64,000 nt of DNA from an uncultured Planctomycetia bacterium (GCA_964373715.1 CAYJVR010000001.1:21164-85163); one strand, 5' to 3'; shown: positions 1 to 9,705, counted from the stretch's first letter. The notes: generated by a model from the sequence alone, not told the origin. Translations and numbers: made by a program.

Positions 1-907
1 GGCGGAAACGGCAGCTGATGGCGGCGGAAGCAGGCGCCTGTTCCGGATGGAGCAGATGTGCGAAAAGTTCCAGGCCTTCGATGAGACGCGGGCCTGCCCG
101 GTGAAAGAGACCGGTTTCCACGGCGAAAACCCGCTTGTTCCGGACGGCGCTTAGTTCTTTCCAGCCGGTCCGCCTCGTGAGCCGTTGTTTTTCTTTCAGC
201 GTCTGCGGGATTGAATAACTGCAGGGCATCACGATAATGACCTCGGGATCCATCCGCTTGATCTGTTCCCAGGAAAGCCACCGGGAGTCGGCCCCCTTCG
301 AAACCAGAGGGTCTTGTCCTCCCGCCAGCTCAATAAGTTCCGGAACCCAGTGGCCGGCTGCCATCAGCGGCTCAAGCCATTCGCAGCACCAGACCCGGGG
401 GCGCTCTTCAGCCCGGCTCACCCTCTTTTGAATCCGGGAGATTTTTTCTTTAAGGCGGCCGACCAGTTGACCGGCGGCCTTCTTCCGTTTTGTCGCTTTG
501 CCCAGCAGCATAATCTCGGAAAAAATTCCCTCCAGCCTGGTTGCGCTCAGGGAAATCGTTTGTGGTTCGGGAGAAATCTCCCGGAGGGCTGCCGTTACCT
601 CCGTGTGAGAAGCGGCGCAGACCGTGCAGAGGTTCTGGGTGATTACGAGGTCCGGCTTCAGTTTCTTGAGCGCGGGGATATTCAGTTGGAATTGGTGTTT
701 CCCCTCCCGCCGGAGTTTTAAAACCGCCTCATGAATTTTCAGGCTGTCCTGCGGCGCCAGTTGAGCGACCCGGCTGACCACCACCGTCGGTTTGAGGAGG
801 GCCTCAGGCGGGTAATCACAGTCGCCGCTGCGGCCGACGAGGTGGCGGCCTAACCCCAGGGCGTAGACCATCTCGGTGCCTGTCGGGAGGAGGGAACAGA
901 TCCGCAT
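1..907 (-). CDS. Cobalamin/Fe-siderophore-type periplasmic-binding-protein family 2 (BtuF-like) protein. Partial: the 3' end runs off the window. No signal peptide.
   Basis: Hand translation of the reverse complement from ATG (complement of 905-907) gives MRICSLLPTGTEMVYALGLGRHLVGRSGDCDYPPEALLKPTVVVSRV..., an uninterrupted frame to position 1 (>300 aa). Conserved BtuF-like N-terminus (LLPSxTE..YALG..vVG.s..CDYP). Absent from the ORF track because there is no in-window stop. Confidence 0.6.
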   Translation of the reverse strand, partial: MRICSLLPTGTEMVYALGLGRHLVGRSGDCDYPPEALLKPTVVVSRVAQLAPQDSLKIHEAVLKLRREGKHQFQLNIPALKKLKPDLVITQNLCTVCAASHTEVTAALREISPEPQTISLSATRLEGIFSEIMLLGKATKRKKAAGQLVGRLKEKISRIQKRVSRAEERPRVWCCEWLEPLMAAGHWVPELIELAGGQDPLVSKGADSRWLSWEQIKRMDPEVIIVMPCSYSIPQTLKEKQRLTRRTGWKELSAVRNKRVFAVETGLFHRAGPRLIEGLELFAHLLHPEQAPASAAISCRFR

Positions 908-1012
908 GGAATCACCCTAACACCCTGTTGTTGGGCGGTCAACGATGTTGCTACCGCTTTCTGAGGGTTCATTGGCCAGAAGATTTGTTGTGATGGAGGT
1001 TATAATGGGGGC

Positions 1013-1504
1013 ATGCCTAAATTTGTTGTGCAGGAACATCATGCGTCGCGGCTCCACTTCGATTTCCGGCTGGAGATCGGCGGAGTTCTGAAATCATGGG
1101 CTGTTCCGAAAGGCCCCTCAATGAATCCCTCGGATAAGCGGCTGGCAGTGCTGGTGGAGGATCACCCTCTGGTGTACGGCGGCTGGGAGGGTGTGATCCC
1201 CGGAGGGCATTACGGCGCCGGGCCGGTGGTGATCTGGGACAAAGGGACCTTCGAGCCGAGAGACCCGGCGGTCCCCGAGCAGGGGATTGAAAACGGCAAG
1301 CTGAGTTTTATTTTGAATGGGCAGAGGCTTAAAGGGGTCTTCGCTCTCGTCAAATTCAAGCGGCCTGGGATGAAAGGGAACGAATGGCTGCTGATGAAGC
1401 GCCCGGATGAGGATGCGGACCCTTCTTTTAAACTCGACACCGCGCTGACTCCCGCCAAGAGGGAATCCCTCGTTCTTCAAGAGCCTCCCTGCAGCACATC
1501 GTAA
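1013..1504 (+). CDS. Stand-alone LigD-type 3'-phosphoesterase (PE) domain protein
   Basis: 163 aa. MPKFVVQEHHASRLHFDFRLEIGGVLKSWAVPKGPS matches the LigD PE domain signature (HHA-R-LH-DFRLE...SWAvPKGPS). GGAGG 13 nt upstream. Confidence 0.7.
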   Translation: MPKFVVQEHHASRLHFDFRLEIGGVLKSWAVPKGPSMNPSDKRLAVLVEDHPLVYGGWEGVIPGGHYGAGPVVIWDKGTFEPRDPAVPEQGIENGKLSFILNGQRLKGVFALVKFKRPGMKGNEWLLMKRPDEDADPSFKLDTALTPAKRESLVLQEPPCSTS

Positions 1505-1543
1505 GTTCCGCGACGGGTTGAAACCCTGTATAATAACTTTTTC

Positions 1544-2314
1544 ATGGTTACCCCACCACCTGACTTAGGGCCCGACAGCCCGTCAAATCGGAGGTTCAAT
1601 CCGTCCCCGGCGGATAAGCCAAGTGGTGGGGTTAAGGAAAACCTGGAACGACTCCGGGCGCGGATCGCCCAGGCGGCCCGAAACGGGGGCAGGGAGCCCT
1701 CCTGCGTCCGCTTGATTTGCGCCACCAAAGGGGTGAGCGCCCAGCGTATCCAGGAGGCGGCTGCCTGCGGTGTTCAGGAGATTGGCGAGAACCGGGTCCA
1801 GGAAGCGAACGTCAAACAGCCCGAGCTTAACCGCCAGAAGCTCACGTGGCACATGATCGGGCATCTTCAGCGCAACAAGGTGAAAGAGGCGCTCGAGATT
1901 TTTGATGTGATCCAGTCGGTGGACCGCCCCGAACTGGCGGAGGGGATCCAGAAGGCGGCCGATGAGATGAAACGGTCCGTGGAGGTGCTCGTGGAGGTGA
2001 ACGTCGCCCGGATCGGGGGCCGTTCCGGCGTGTCGCCCGAAGAAGCGCCCGGATTGGTGGAGAAAGTGCGAGGGTTGAACCGGCTCCATCTTTTAGGGCT
2101 GATGGGGATGGCCCCGCTGGCGGAAGACCCGGAAACGGTCCGGCCGTATTTCCGTCAGCTGCGCGAGTTGGCGCACGGATTAGGCCTGAATGAACTTTCG
2201 ATGGGAATGAGCAACGATTTTGAGGTGGCGGTGGAGGAAGGTGCAACAATGGTCCGTATAGGTGCGGCGATATTTCACGAGGGGCACGGGGCGGGGGGCA
2301 TGGGGCGAGAATGA
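1544..2314 (+). CDS. yggS: YggS-family pyridoxal-phosphate homeostasis protein (alanine-racemase-fold PLP binding)
   Basis: VRLICATKGVSAQRIQEAAACGVQEIGENRVQE ... HMIGHLQRNKVKEA motifs. N-terminal 28 aa are low-complexity, so the true start may be downstream. Confidence 0.7.
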   Translation: MVTPPPDLGPDSPSNRRFNPSPADKPSGGVKENLERLRARIAQAARNGGREPSCVRLICATKGVSAQRIQEAAACGVQEIGENRVQEANVKQPELNRQKLTWHMIGHLQRNKVKEALEIFDVIQSVDRPELAEGIQKAADEMKRSVEVLVEVNVARIGGRSGVSPEEAPGLVEKVRGLNRLHLLGLMGMAPLAEDPETVRPYFRQLRELAHGLGLNELSMGMSNDFEVAVEEGATMVRIGAAIFHEGHGAGGMGRE

Positions 2315-3117
2315 AAAAGCTTTCGATTGGCGTGATTGGATGCGGCAATATGGGGCAGGCGCTGGTCCGTGGCATCCTGAAAGGGAAGCTGATTCCCGCC
2401 GGCGGCGTTGTTGTATGGGATGCCGATGCGAAAAAGCTCGGGCAGACAGGCCGTTCGCTCAAGGTCCGCTCCGCGAAATCCAACACGGAGGTTGCCGGTT
2501 CCTCGGTTATCCTTTTGGCCGTCAAGCCCCAGCAGATGGGAGCGGTCATCGATGAGATCAGACCGTTCCTCAAGCATAAGCCCCTTCTGATTTCGATCGC
2601 CGCCGGGATTTCCACCGGCTGGATCGAGAAGCGTTTAAATCAGGCGGTGCCGGTGGTGCGAGTGATGCCGAACACTCCGGCGCTGGTTGGCGCAGGGACG
2701 TCCGCTATTGCCGGAGGGCGGTACGCGACGGAGGTTTCTCTGGGGAATGCGGAGAAGATATTCCGGTGCGTGGGGGAGGTGGTCCGGGTGCCGGAAAAAT
2801 GGATCAACGCCGTGACCGCGGTCAGCGGGTCCGGTCCGGCCTACTTCTTTTTCCTGATGGAGCGTATGATCCGGGCGGGCGCTTCTCTTGGTCTTTCCGC
2901 CGATGTGGCCAAGCGCCTGGTTGTGCAGACGGCCTTAGGAGCGGCCGCGCTGGCCGCCTCTTCCAAAGAGGATCCTGCCGTTTTGCGCGGTAAGGTGACC
3001 TCCAGGGGGGGGACAACCGAAGCGGCATTCAAGACCTTCGAGAAAGGGGGATTGGGCCCTCTGATCGAAAAGGGTATTCGCGCTGCCGCCTCCAGAGCAA
3101 AGGAGCTGGGAAGTTAA
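2311..3117 (+). CDS. proC: Pyrroline-5-carboxylate reductase
   Basis: MKKLSIGVIGCGNMGQALVRGIL Rossmann N-terminus and P5CR C-terminal domain. ATGA overlap with yggS. Confidence 0.85.
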   Translation: MKKLSIGVIGCGNMGQALVRGILKGKLIPAGGVVVWDADAKKLGQTGRSLKVRSAKSNTEVAGSSVILLAVKPQQMGAVIDEIRPFLKHKPLLISIAAGISTGWIEKRLNQAVPVVRVMPNTPALVGAGTSAIAGGRYATEVSLGNAEKIFRCVGEVVRVPEKWINAVTAVSGSGPAYFFFLMERMIRAGASLGLSADVAKRLVVQTALGAAALAASSKEDPAVLRGKVTSRGGTTEAAFKTFEKGGLGPLIEKGIRAAASRAKELGS

Positions 3118-3119
3118 CC

Positions 3120-3416
3120 ATGTTTGTTTTCGGCAATCTTTTTACCGCGTTGGCGCAGATGGTGGACGGCACACTGACGATCTATACCTGGATTCTCATC
3201 GTCCGTGTCCTGATGAGCTGGGTCAGTCCCGACCCGTTCAATCCGATTGTCCAGTTTCTCCACAAGATGACCGATCCCGTTTTGGAGCCCGCGCGCCGGC
3301 TCATTCCGTCGATCGGCCCCTTGGATATCTCGGCCGTTGTGGTCCTTCTCCTCCTGCAGGGGCTGCAGCATTTCCTGGTGAGGACCCTGCTCGATATCGG
3401 CATGAGAATAAGGTAA
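3120..3416 (+). CDS. yggT: YggT-family membrane protein
   Basis: 98 aa. LIVRVLMSWVSPDPFNPIVQFL matches YggT/Ycf19. Conserved yggS-proC-yggT synteny. Confidence 0.7.
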   Translation: MFVFGNLFTALAQMVDGTLTIYTWILIVRVLMSWVSPDPFNPIVQFLHKMTDPVLEPARRLIPSIGPLDISAVVVLLLLQGLQHFLVRTLLDIGMRIR

Positions 3417-3420
3417 ACGG

Positions 3421-4239
3421 GTGACCCTTTCCGAGCAGCTTCAGGAGACGGTCCGTGCCGTCCGGGCGAAGGTTTCCGACACTCCCGATATCGGCGTGAT
3501 CCTGGGCACTGGCCTGGGCGGTTTCGGGGAGAAAATCCAGGATGCCAAGGCAATTCCGTATGCCGATATCCCCCACTTTCCTAAGACGACGGTGGAAAGC
3601 CATAAGGGCCAGCTTGTTTTCGGCCGGGTCGGAGGAAAGCGGGTGGTGGTGATGGAGGGGCGCTTCCACGTTTATGAAGGGTACACGGCCCAACAGGTTT
3701 CTTATCCGGTGAGGGCCATGCGGGCGATGGGGGCGGATACGCTGCTTATCTCCAACGCGGCGGGCGGGATGAATCCCTCGTACTCTTCGGGCGATCTGAT
3801 GCTGATCGCCGACCACATCAACCTGATGGGAGTGAATCCCCTGATCGGCCAGAACGACGATAAGGTAGGTCTTCGTTTTCCCGACATGTCGGTTCCCTAT
3901 GACGAGAAGCTGATAGACCTGGCCCAGAGGATCGCCGCGGAGGCTGCGATTCGGACGCACCGGGGTGTTTACGTGGCGGTGGCGGGGCCGAACCTCGAAA
4001 CAAAGGCGGAGTACAAGTTTTTGCGGGGGATCGGCGCCGACGCGGTGGGGATGTCCACCGTCCCAGAGGTTCTGGTGGCGGTCCACGGCGGGATGCGGAT
4101 CCTGGGGGTCAGCTGCATTACCGATATGTGCATTCCGGAAACACTCAAGCCGGCCGTGCTCGAGGAGATATTGGAAACCGCCCGGACCGCGGAGCCGAAA
4201 TTGACGCACCTGATCTCAAAAGTGATCGAACAACTCTAA
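3421..4239 (+). CDS. Purine nucleoside phosphorylase (trimeric PNP-I family)
   Basis: 272 aa, GTG start. GVILGTGLGGFGEKI ... RFHVYEG ... ISNAAGGMNP motifs of the PNP/MTAP family. Confidence 0.8.
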   Translation: MTLSEQLQETVRAVRAKVSDTPDIGVILGTGLGGFGEKIQDAKAIPYADIPHFPKTTVESHKGQLVFGRVGGKRVVVMEGRFHVYEGYTAQQVSYPVRAMRAMGADTLLISNAAGGMNPSYSSGDLMLIADHINLMGVNPLIGQNDDKVGLRFPDMSVPYDEKLIDLAQRIAAEAAIRTHRGVYVAVAGPNLETKAEYKFLRGIGADAVGMSTVPEVLVAVHGGMRILGVSCITDMCIPETLKPAVLEEILETARTAEPKLTHLISKVIEQL

Positions 4240-7073
4240 TGGACTACAAGAGTACGCTGAACCTGCCGAAAACCTCTTTTCCTATGAAGGGGAACCTGCC
4301 GCAGACCGAACCGGTCATGCTGGCGAAATGGGAGAAGGAGGAATTGTACAAAAAGATCCAATCTTCCCGCCAGGCAGCGCCCTCCTTTATCCTCCATGAC
4401 GGCCCGCCTTACGCGAACGGCGACATCCATATGGGACACGCGCTGAACAAGACCCTGAAGGATTTCGTCGTCCGGTACCAGACGATGCGGGGCAAGAGGG
4501 CGCCGTATGTGCCCGGGTGGGACTGCCACGGCCTGCCGATCGAATACGCTTTGATGAAAGAGATGAAGGTCTCCAAGCACCAGGTGGACATCGCCGACTT
4601 TCGGCGCAAGGCGCGCCAATACGCGCGCAGGTATGTCGGCATCCAGCGCGACCAGTTCAAGCGGCTCGGTGTCGCGGGGGACTGGGAGAATCCGTACCTC
4701 ACGCTGGATCCCGGTTATGTCACCGCCGCGCTGAATACGCTGGCGATGCTGACCTCTCGCGGGTTTGTCTACCGGGCTCGGAAGCCGGTCAACTGGTGCT
4801 GGTCCTGCGAGACGGCGCTGGCCGAGGCGGAGGTGGAATACGAGAAGCACACCTCGCCGTCGGTCTACGTGAAGTTCGAACTGACTCCGGAATCCTCCTG
4901 CAAATTGGCCGGAATGGCGGCTGGAAAAACACAGGCGAAGCGTTTCCATCTCGTGATCTGGACCACGACCCCCTGGACACTGATGGGCAACGTCGCGGTG
5001 GCGGTTCATCCGGTTTTCCGGTACGGCGTTTGGTGGAAGAAAGGGTCTGACGAAGCATGGATCGTTCTGTCGAGTCCTCCGCCGGGGGCCAGGGGGATGC
5101 TGGCTGCTCACGGGATGGAAGGTTCTGCGCCTCTGGCGGCGGAGATTGACGGCAAACAGCTTGAAGGGTTGGCCTACAAGCACCCGTTCGGCCTGCGGCA
5201 AGGGAAGGTGGTGCTGGCCGATTACGTTTCGATGGAGGACGGGACCGGACTTGTCCACACCGCCCCCGGATTCGGCGCCGAGGACTTTGCCACCGGCCGC
5301 AAGTATGGCCTCGAGGTTGTAGCGCCGGTTGACGCGCAGGGGAAATTTGCCGGTTTGCCGAAAGAGGCGGCTGAGTTCAACGGCCAGCAGGTGCAGGCGG
5401 CCAATCCGGAGGTGATCAAAAAACTTCAGACGGCCGGTGTTCTTTTGAAAGAGGCGGCGATCGAACATGACTATCCCCACTGCTGGCGCTGCCACAACCC
5501 GATCATCTTTCGGGCGACCGACCAGTGGTTTCTCAAGATCGAACATGAAGGTTTACGGCAGAAATTGTTGAGCGTGATCGACAAGGAGGTCCGTTGGATC
5601 CCCGCCGAGGGGAAGGATCGGATCTCGAGCATGGTGGGCCTGCGTCCCGACTGGTGCCTGTCGCGGCAAAGACTTTGGGGGATACCGATCCCGGCTGTCA
5701 TCTGCAAGAAATGCGGAAACGGCCAGCTTGATCCGCGCGTCATACAGAACTTTGCCAACGGGATCGAGGGGGACCCGGAGGGCAGTGACAAGTGGTTTAC
5801 CGAGCCGGTGGCGAAATGGATACCCGCCGGTTTTGCCTGCTCCTGCGGAAGCGCCGATTTTGACCGGGGAACCGATATTCTGGATGTTTGGTTTGATTCC
5901 GGTGTGAGCCATCAAGGGGTTTTAAAAAAGAGGGAAGGGCTCTGCTGGCCGGCCGATCTTTATTTGGAGGGGTCGGATCAACATCGCGGATGGTTCCAGG
6001 TATCCTTGATCACGAGTGTTGCGCTGGAGGGGAAGGCCCCGTACCGCTCCGTGCTGACCCACGGTTTCGTGGTGGATGGGGAAGGCCGGAAAATGTCGAA
6101 GTCGCTCGGCAACGTGATCGCCCCGCAAGAGGTCATAGCCGCTTCCGGTGCCGACGTGCTCAGGCTATGGGTGGCCTCTTCCGATTACCGGGAGGATATC
6201 CGCCTTTCCAAGGAGATCCTTTCCCAGGTCGCCGACTCCTACCGGAAGATTCGGAACACGATCCGATTCTGCCTGTCCAATGTTTCAGATGTCCAGGAAC
6301 CGGATCTGGTTCCTTTTCCGAAGATGGAGGAGTTGGACCGGTGGGCCGTCTCCCGGTTGAGCGGGCTGGTTGAAGAGGTGACCGACGCTTACGAGAGCTG
6401 TTCGTTCCACCGGGTCGTGAAGGCGATTCATGAATTCTGCACGATCCAGATGTCCAACTTCTACCTGGATGTGATCAAAGACAGGCTCTATACGAGCCAT
6501 CCCCAGAGCCCGAATCGGCGCTCCGCTCAGACGGCGCTGGTGGAGATCTCTAAATCGCTGATCCGGCTGATGGCCCCTCTTGTTCCCGTCACAGCGGAGG
6601 AGGCATGGTGCGCCCTTTATCCGGCGGCAGCGGCGCCGTCGGTTCACGCCTCGGCCTGGCCCGATCCGGTTGCTCTGCCGCGGGACAAGGGATTGGAAGA
6701 GGTTTGGTCCCGCCTCTTTAAGCTCCGGGATGAGGCGATGAAGGCGCTTGAAAAGGCCAGGCAGGAGGGGACGATCGGAGATTCCCTGGAGGCGGAGCTG
6801 GAGATTGCCATCAGAGACAAAGGGTTGTGGGATTTTCTTAAGGCCCGGCAGGAGTCGGTTGCGTCGGCCTGCATTGTCTCCAGCCTCCGGATGAATGAAA
6901 CAGCGGAGCTTGGGGATCCGGTTAGCTTTACCGTGCGCCGCGCGGCCGGGGAGAAATGCCAGAGGTGCTGGATGAGGCTGACCTCCGTGGGTTCCTCAGC
7001 CGAACACCCAACACTCTGCCGGAGGTGCGTAGAAAATATTTCGAAATCGGCCTTTTCAGCGGGTAAACTTTGA
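4239..7073 (+). CDS. ileS: Isoleucyl-tRNA synthetase
   Basis: HMGH and KMSKS motifs. C-terminal Zn-finger (CQRCW...CRRC). Start placed at ATG 4239 (MDYKSTLNLPKT), which overlaps the PNP stop. The ORF-track start at 4128 is an upstream extension. Confidence 0.9.
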   Translation: MDYKSTLNLPKTSFPMKGNLPQTEPVMLAKWEKEELYKKIQSSRQAAPSFILHDGPPYANGDIHMGHALNKTLKDFVVRYQTMRGKRAPYVPGWDCHGLPIEYALMKEMKVSKHQVDIADFRRKARQYARRYVGIQRDQFKRLGVAGDWENPYLTLDPGYVTAALNTLAMLTSRGFVYRARKPVNWCWSCETALAEAEVEYEKHTSPSVYVKFELTPESSCKLAGMAAGKTQAKRFHLVIWTTTPWTLMGNVAVAVHPVFRYGVWWKKGSDEAWIVLSSPPPGARGMLAAHGMEGSAPLAAEIDGKQLEGLAYKHPFGLRQGKVVLADYVSMEDGTGLVHTAPGFGAEDFATGRKYGLEVVAPVDAQGKFAGLPKEAAEFNGQQVQAANPEVIKKLQTAGVLLKEAAIEHDYPHCWRCHNPIIFRATDQWFLKIEHEGLRQKLLSVIDKEVRWIPAEGKDRISSMVGLRPDWCLSRQRLWGIPIPAVICKKCGNGQLDPRVIQNFANGIEGDPEGSDKWFTEPVAKWIPAGFACSCGSADFDRGTDILDVWFDSGVSHQGVLKKREGLCWPADLYLEGSDQHRGWFQVSLITSVALEGKAPYRSVLTHGFVVDGEGRKMSKSLGNVIAPQEVIAASGADVLRLWVASSDYREDIRLSKEILSQVADSYRKIRNTIRFCLSNVSDVQEPDLVPFPKMEELDRWAVSRLSGLVEEVTDAYESCSFHRVVKAIHEFCTIQMSNFYLDVIKDRLYTSHPQSPNRRSAQTALVEISKSLIRLMAPLVPVTAEEAWCALYPAAAAPSVHASAWPDPVALPRDKGLEEVWSRLFKLRDEAMKALEKARQEGTIGDSLEAELEIAIRDKGLWDFLKARQESVASACIVSSLRMNETAELGDPVSFTVRRAAGEKCQRCWMRLTSVGSSAEHPTLCRRCVENISKSAFSAGKL

Positions 7074-7091
7074 TATAATGCGAAGCTCACA

Positions 7092-7493
7092 ATGCTGAAA
7101 AAAGACCTGGACCGTTACAAGAAACTCCTCCAGAAGAAAAAGGAGGAGGTCTTCAAAGCGATGAAGCAGATCGAGCAGGACAACCTGAAGTCCCCGCGCG
7201 ATGCGGCGGGCGATTTGTCCGGTTACTCGCTTCACATCGCCGATTCCGCTACGGACAGTTATGATAGGGAGTTCTCCCTCGGCTTGGCGACGAACGCCCA
7301 GAAGATACTCTACGAGATTGACGAAGCCCTGAAAAGGGTGGATGAAAAGACGTTCGGCGACTGCCTTTCCTGCAGCAAACCGGTCAACCGCCGCCGGTTG
7401 ACGGCGATTCCCTATGCCCGCATGTGCATTGAATGCCAGTCGAAAGAGGAGACGAAACGCCGGGGCGTGGATTCTTTTGGGTTCGGCGGCTGA
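7092..7493 (+). CDS. DksA/TraR-family C4 zinc-finger regulator
   Basis: 133 aa. C-terminal CLSCSKPVNRRRLTAIPYARMCIECQ four-Cys finger, N-terminal coiled coil. Confidence 0.7.
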   Translation: MLKKDLDRYKKLLQKKKEEVFKAMKQIEQDNLKSPRDAAGDLSGYSLHIADSATDSYDREFSLGLATNAQKILYEIDEALKRVDEKTFGDCLSCSKPVNRRRLTAIPYARMCIECQSKEETKRRGVDSFGFGG

Positions 7494-7499
7494 GATTTT

Positions 7500-7940
7500 G
7501 TGGCGAATCGCATCCTCGCTTTAACCCTGGCGGTTCTTTTTCTGGACCAGGCCTCCAAAGCCTGGATGGTGAAATTTCTCGCCGGTGTTTCAAGCTACCC
7601 TGTCGTCCCTGGTGTTTTCCATCTGACGCTGGTAAAAAATTCCGGCATGGCTTTCGGCCTGATGAAAGGATACAGCATCCCGGTCTCCCTAGCCACTCTG
7701 GTGCTTGTCGTCTCGTTGTTTTGGTCTTTCTTCCGTCAGGTGGAATCGAGGGGGTTCCTTTTCCTTTTAAGTTTCAGCTTGGTGCTGGGCGGGGCGGTGG
7801 GCAACCTCATTGACCGGTTCCGGTTCGGGGGGGTTATTGATTTCCTCGATTTTCGTGTCTGGCCTGTTTTTAACCTGGCCGATTCCTGCATCACGGTCGG
7901 CGCCTGCCTGATCGCCTGGCAAATTCTACGTTACAATTAG
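7500..7940 (+). CDS. lspA: Lipoprotein signal peptidase II
   Basis: 146 aa polytopic membrane protein. LFLDQASKAW, NSGMAFG and FNLADS motifs typical of LspA. Confidence 0.75.
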   Translation: MANRILALTLAVLFLDQASKAWMVKFLAGVSSYPVVPGVFHLTLVKNSGMAFGLMKGYSIPVSLATLVLVVSLFWSFFRQVESRGFLFLLSFSLVLGGAVGNLIDRFRFGGVIDFLDFRVWPVFNLADSCITVGACLIAWQILRYN

Positions 7941-7959
7941 GATTAAAACAGCTTAGAAA

Positions 7960-8721
7960 ATGCACCCTATCCTTCTAAAATTCGGCCCGTTGACTTTGTA
8001 CAGTTACGGTCTCATGCTGGCGCTGGGGTTTCTCCTGGCGCTGTTTGTCGCCGAGCGGCGGGCGCGCGCCGCAGGGTTGGATCCGGTGGTTATCCAGAAT
8101 CTTGCCCTCACCGCTCTTGTGGCCGGTTTGGCTGGCGGCCGGGCGGCTTACGTTCTTCTGAATCTCCAGAGTTTTCTCGTAAACCCGCTGGAGATATTCC
8201 GGCTGGATCACGGAGGCCTGGTATTCTACGGCGGGCTGGCAGCCGGGATGGCGGCCGGAGTTTGTTTTATCCGGGCCAAGAAGCTTCCGGTCCTGCTGAC
8301 TTTGGATGTTATGATTCCTCCGCTGGTTCTGGCCCATGCCGTCGGCAGGATCGGTTGTTTCTTGAACGGCTGTTGTTATGGGAAATCCACCACTCTTCCG
8401 TGGGGGGTGATTTTCCCGGGGGATACCGTGATTCGCCATCCGGTCCAGCTTTATGAAGCCGGTGTTTTGCTGGTCTTTTACTGCCTGCTGAAGAGGATTG
8501 AAAAGGCCGGTTTCCGGGCCGGCACAGTGACGATTGTCTATGGGTTGATGTACGGCTGCTGGCGTTTCGTGATCGAGTTCTTTCGCGCCGATAACCCGGA
8601 AACAGCTCTCGGATTGACGGTGTTCCAGTGGTTCAGCCTCCTGCTGATCGCCGTCTCGATCTCCGCTCCCTTCTTAAAGAGAATGGTTTCGCTGGCGTCC
8701 AAAAACCGGCGCGGCGGCTGA
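7960..8721 (+). CDS. lgt: Prolipoprotein diacylglyceryl transferase
   Basis: 253 aa. YGLMLALGFLLA ... HAVGRIGCFLNGCCYG Lgt signature. Lies next to lspA. Confidence 0.85.
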   Translation: MHPILLKFGPLTLYSYGLMLALGFLLALFVAERRARAAGLDPVVIQNLALTALVAGLAGGRAAYVLLNLQSFLVNPLEIFRLDHGGLVFYGGLAAGMAAGVCFIRAKKLPVLLTLDVMIPPLVLAHAVGRIGCFLNGCCYGKSTTLPWGVIFPGDTVIRHPVQLYEAGVLLVFYCLLKRIEKAGFRAGTVTIVYGLMYGCWRFVIEFFRADNPETALGLTVFQWFSLLLIAVSISAPFLKRMVSLASKNRRGG

Positions 8722-8723
8722 AA

Positions 8724-9647
8724 ATGAAGGCCGTCTCCTCCGTGAGAAGCGAGCTGCATGTCGATGTTCCGGCGGGCGCCCTTTCTCAGCGGCTTGACCA
8801 GTACCTGACGATGATTATCCCGGATACCTCCCGTTCGAATGTCCAGCGCTGGATTGAGCAAAGGAGAGTGACCGTCAACGGCAGGCCCCAAAAATCCTCG
8901 CACCGTATTTCTCCCGGCGACCGGATCGACGTTAGCATTCCCCCTCCCGAGATCCTCGATTTGGAACCGGAACCGATACCTTTAAAGATCGTGCATGAAG
9001 ACAAATGGCTGTTGGTGGTGGATAAGCCGGCCGGCCTGGTGGTTCATCCCGCTCCCGGGCATCGGTCGGGGACGCTGGTGAACGCTTTATTGGCCCATGG
9101 AACGGCCCTTTCTTCCTCGGCCGGCTCCTTTAAACCCGGCATCGTCCACCGCTTGGATAAGGACACCTCGGGGCTTCTCGTCGTGGCGAAAGATGATAAA
9201 ACGCACAGGGCGGTCAGCCGCCAATTCGCCGACCGGACGGTCAAAAGAGTTTACCAAGCGATCGTCAAAGGGGTTGTTCAGCGGGATGAGGGGACGATTT
9301 CAGCGCCGATCGGCCGTGATCCGCACCGGCGTCAGAGGATGACCGTTCTCTATGGAGCGAGCCGCGACGCGGAAACCCGGTACAAGGTTATCCGGAGGTT
9401 TCCCGCGGCGACTTTTCTGGAGCTCACCCCGCAGACCGGGCGCACTCACCAGCTGCGGGTCCATCTAGCGCATGTGGGACACCCGATCCTGGGAGATCAG
9501 AGGTATGGGGTGAAGGCCGGGCTGGACCGGCAGGCCCTTCACGCCCACCGTTTGGGCTTCCTCCATCCCGGATCCCGCAAGAAGGTGGAGTTTGTTTCTC
9601 CTCTACCTGCCGATTTACGCGGCATGTTGAAAAAACTTGCGTCATGA
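8724..9647 (+). CDS. rluD: RluA/RluD-family 23S rRNA pseudouridine synthase
   Basis: S4 domain plus HRLDKDTSGLLVVAKDD catalytic motif. Start taken at ATG 8724, just after the lgt stop. Confidence 0.8.
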   Translation: MKAVSSVRSELHVDVPAGALSQRLDQYLTMIIPDTSRSNVQRWIEQRRVTVNGRPQKSSHRISPGDRIDVSIPPPEILDLEPEPIPLKIVHEDKWLLVVDKPAGLVVHPAPGHRSGTLVNALLAHGTALSSSAGSFKPGIVHRLDKDTSGLLVVAKDDKTHRAVSRQFADRTVKRVYQAIVKGVVQRDEGTISAPIGRDPHRRQRMTVLYGASRDAETRYKVIRRFPAATFLELTPQTGRTHQLRVHLAHVGHPILGDQRYGVKAGLDRQALHAHRLGFLHPGSRKKVEFVSPLPADLRGMLKKLAS

Positions 9648-9705
9648 AAAATGGGTGTGATACTATGGCGCAGTTCTTGGAGTTATACCGTTTGAACGGA
9701 GGAAA

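Noticed and set aside
237-721. + strand ORFs 237-431 and 314-721 in the first kb
   Set aside because: They overlap the minus-strand BtuF-like gene, which has clear family conservation. The + strand peptides are featureless.
4128-4238. ORF-track N-terminal extension of ileS starting at 4128
   Set aside because: It overlaps the PNP gene. The conserved IleS N-terminus begins at MDYKSTLNLPKT (ATG 4239), which overlaps the PNP stop.
3301-5546. Long minus-strand ORFs (3301-4209, 4236-5546) antisense to PNP and ileS
   Set aside because: High-GC antisense frames. The translations are Arg/Pro/Gly-rich and low-complexity with no recognisable domains. The + strand genes have unambiguous homology.
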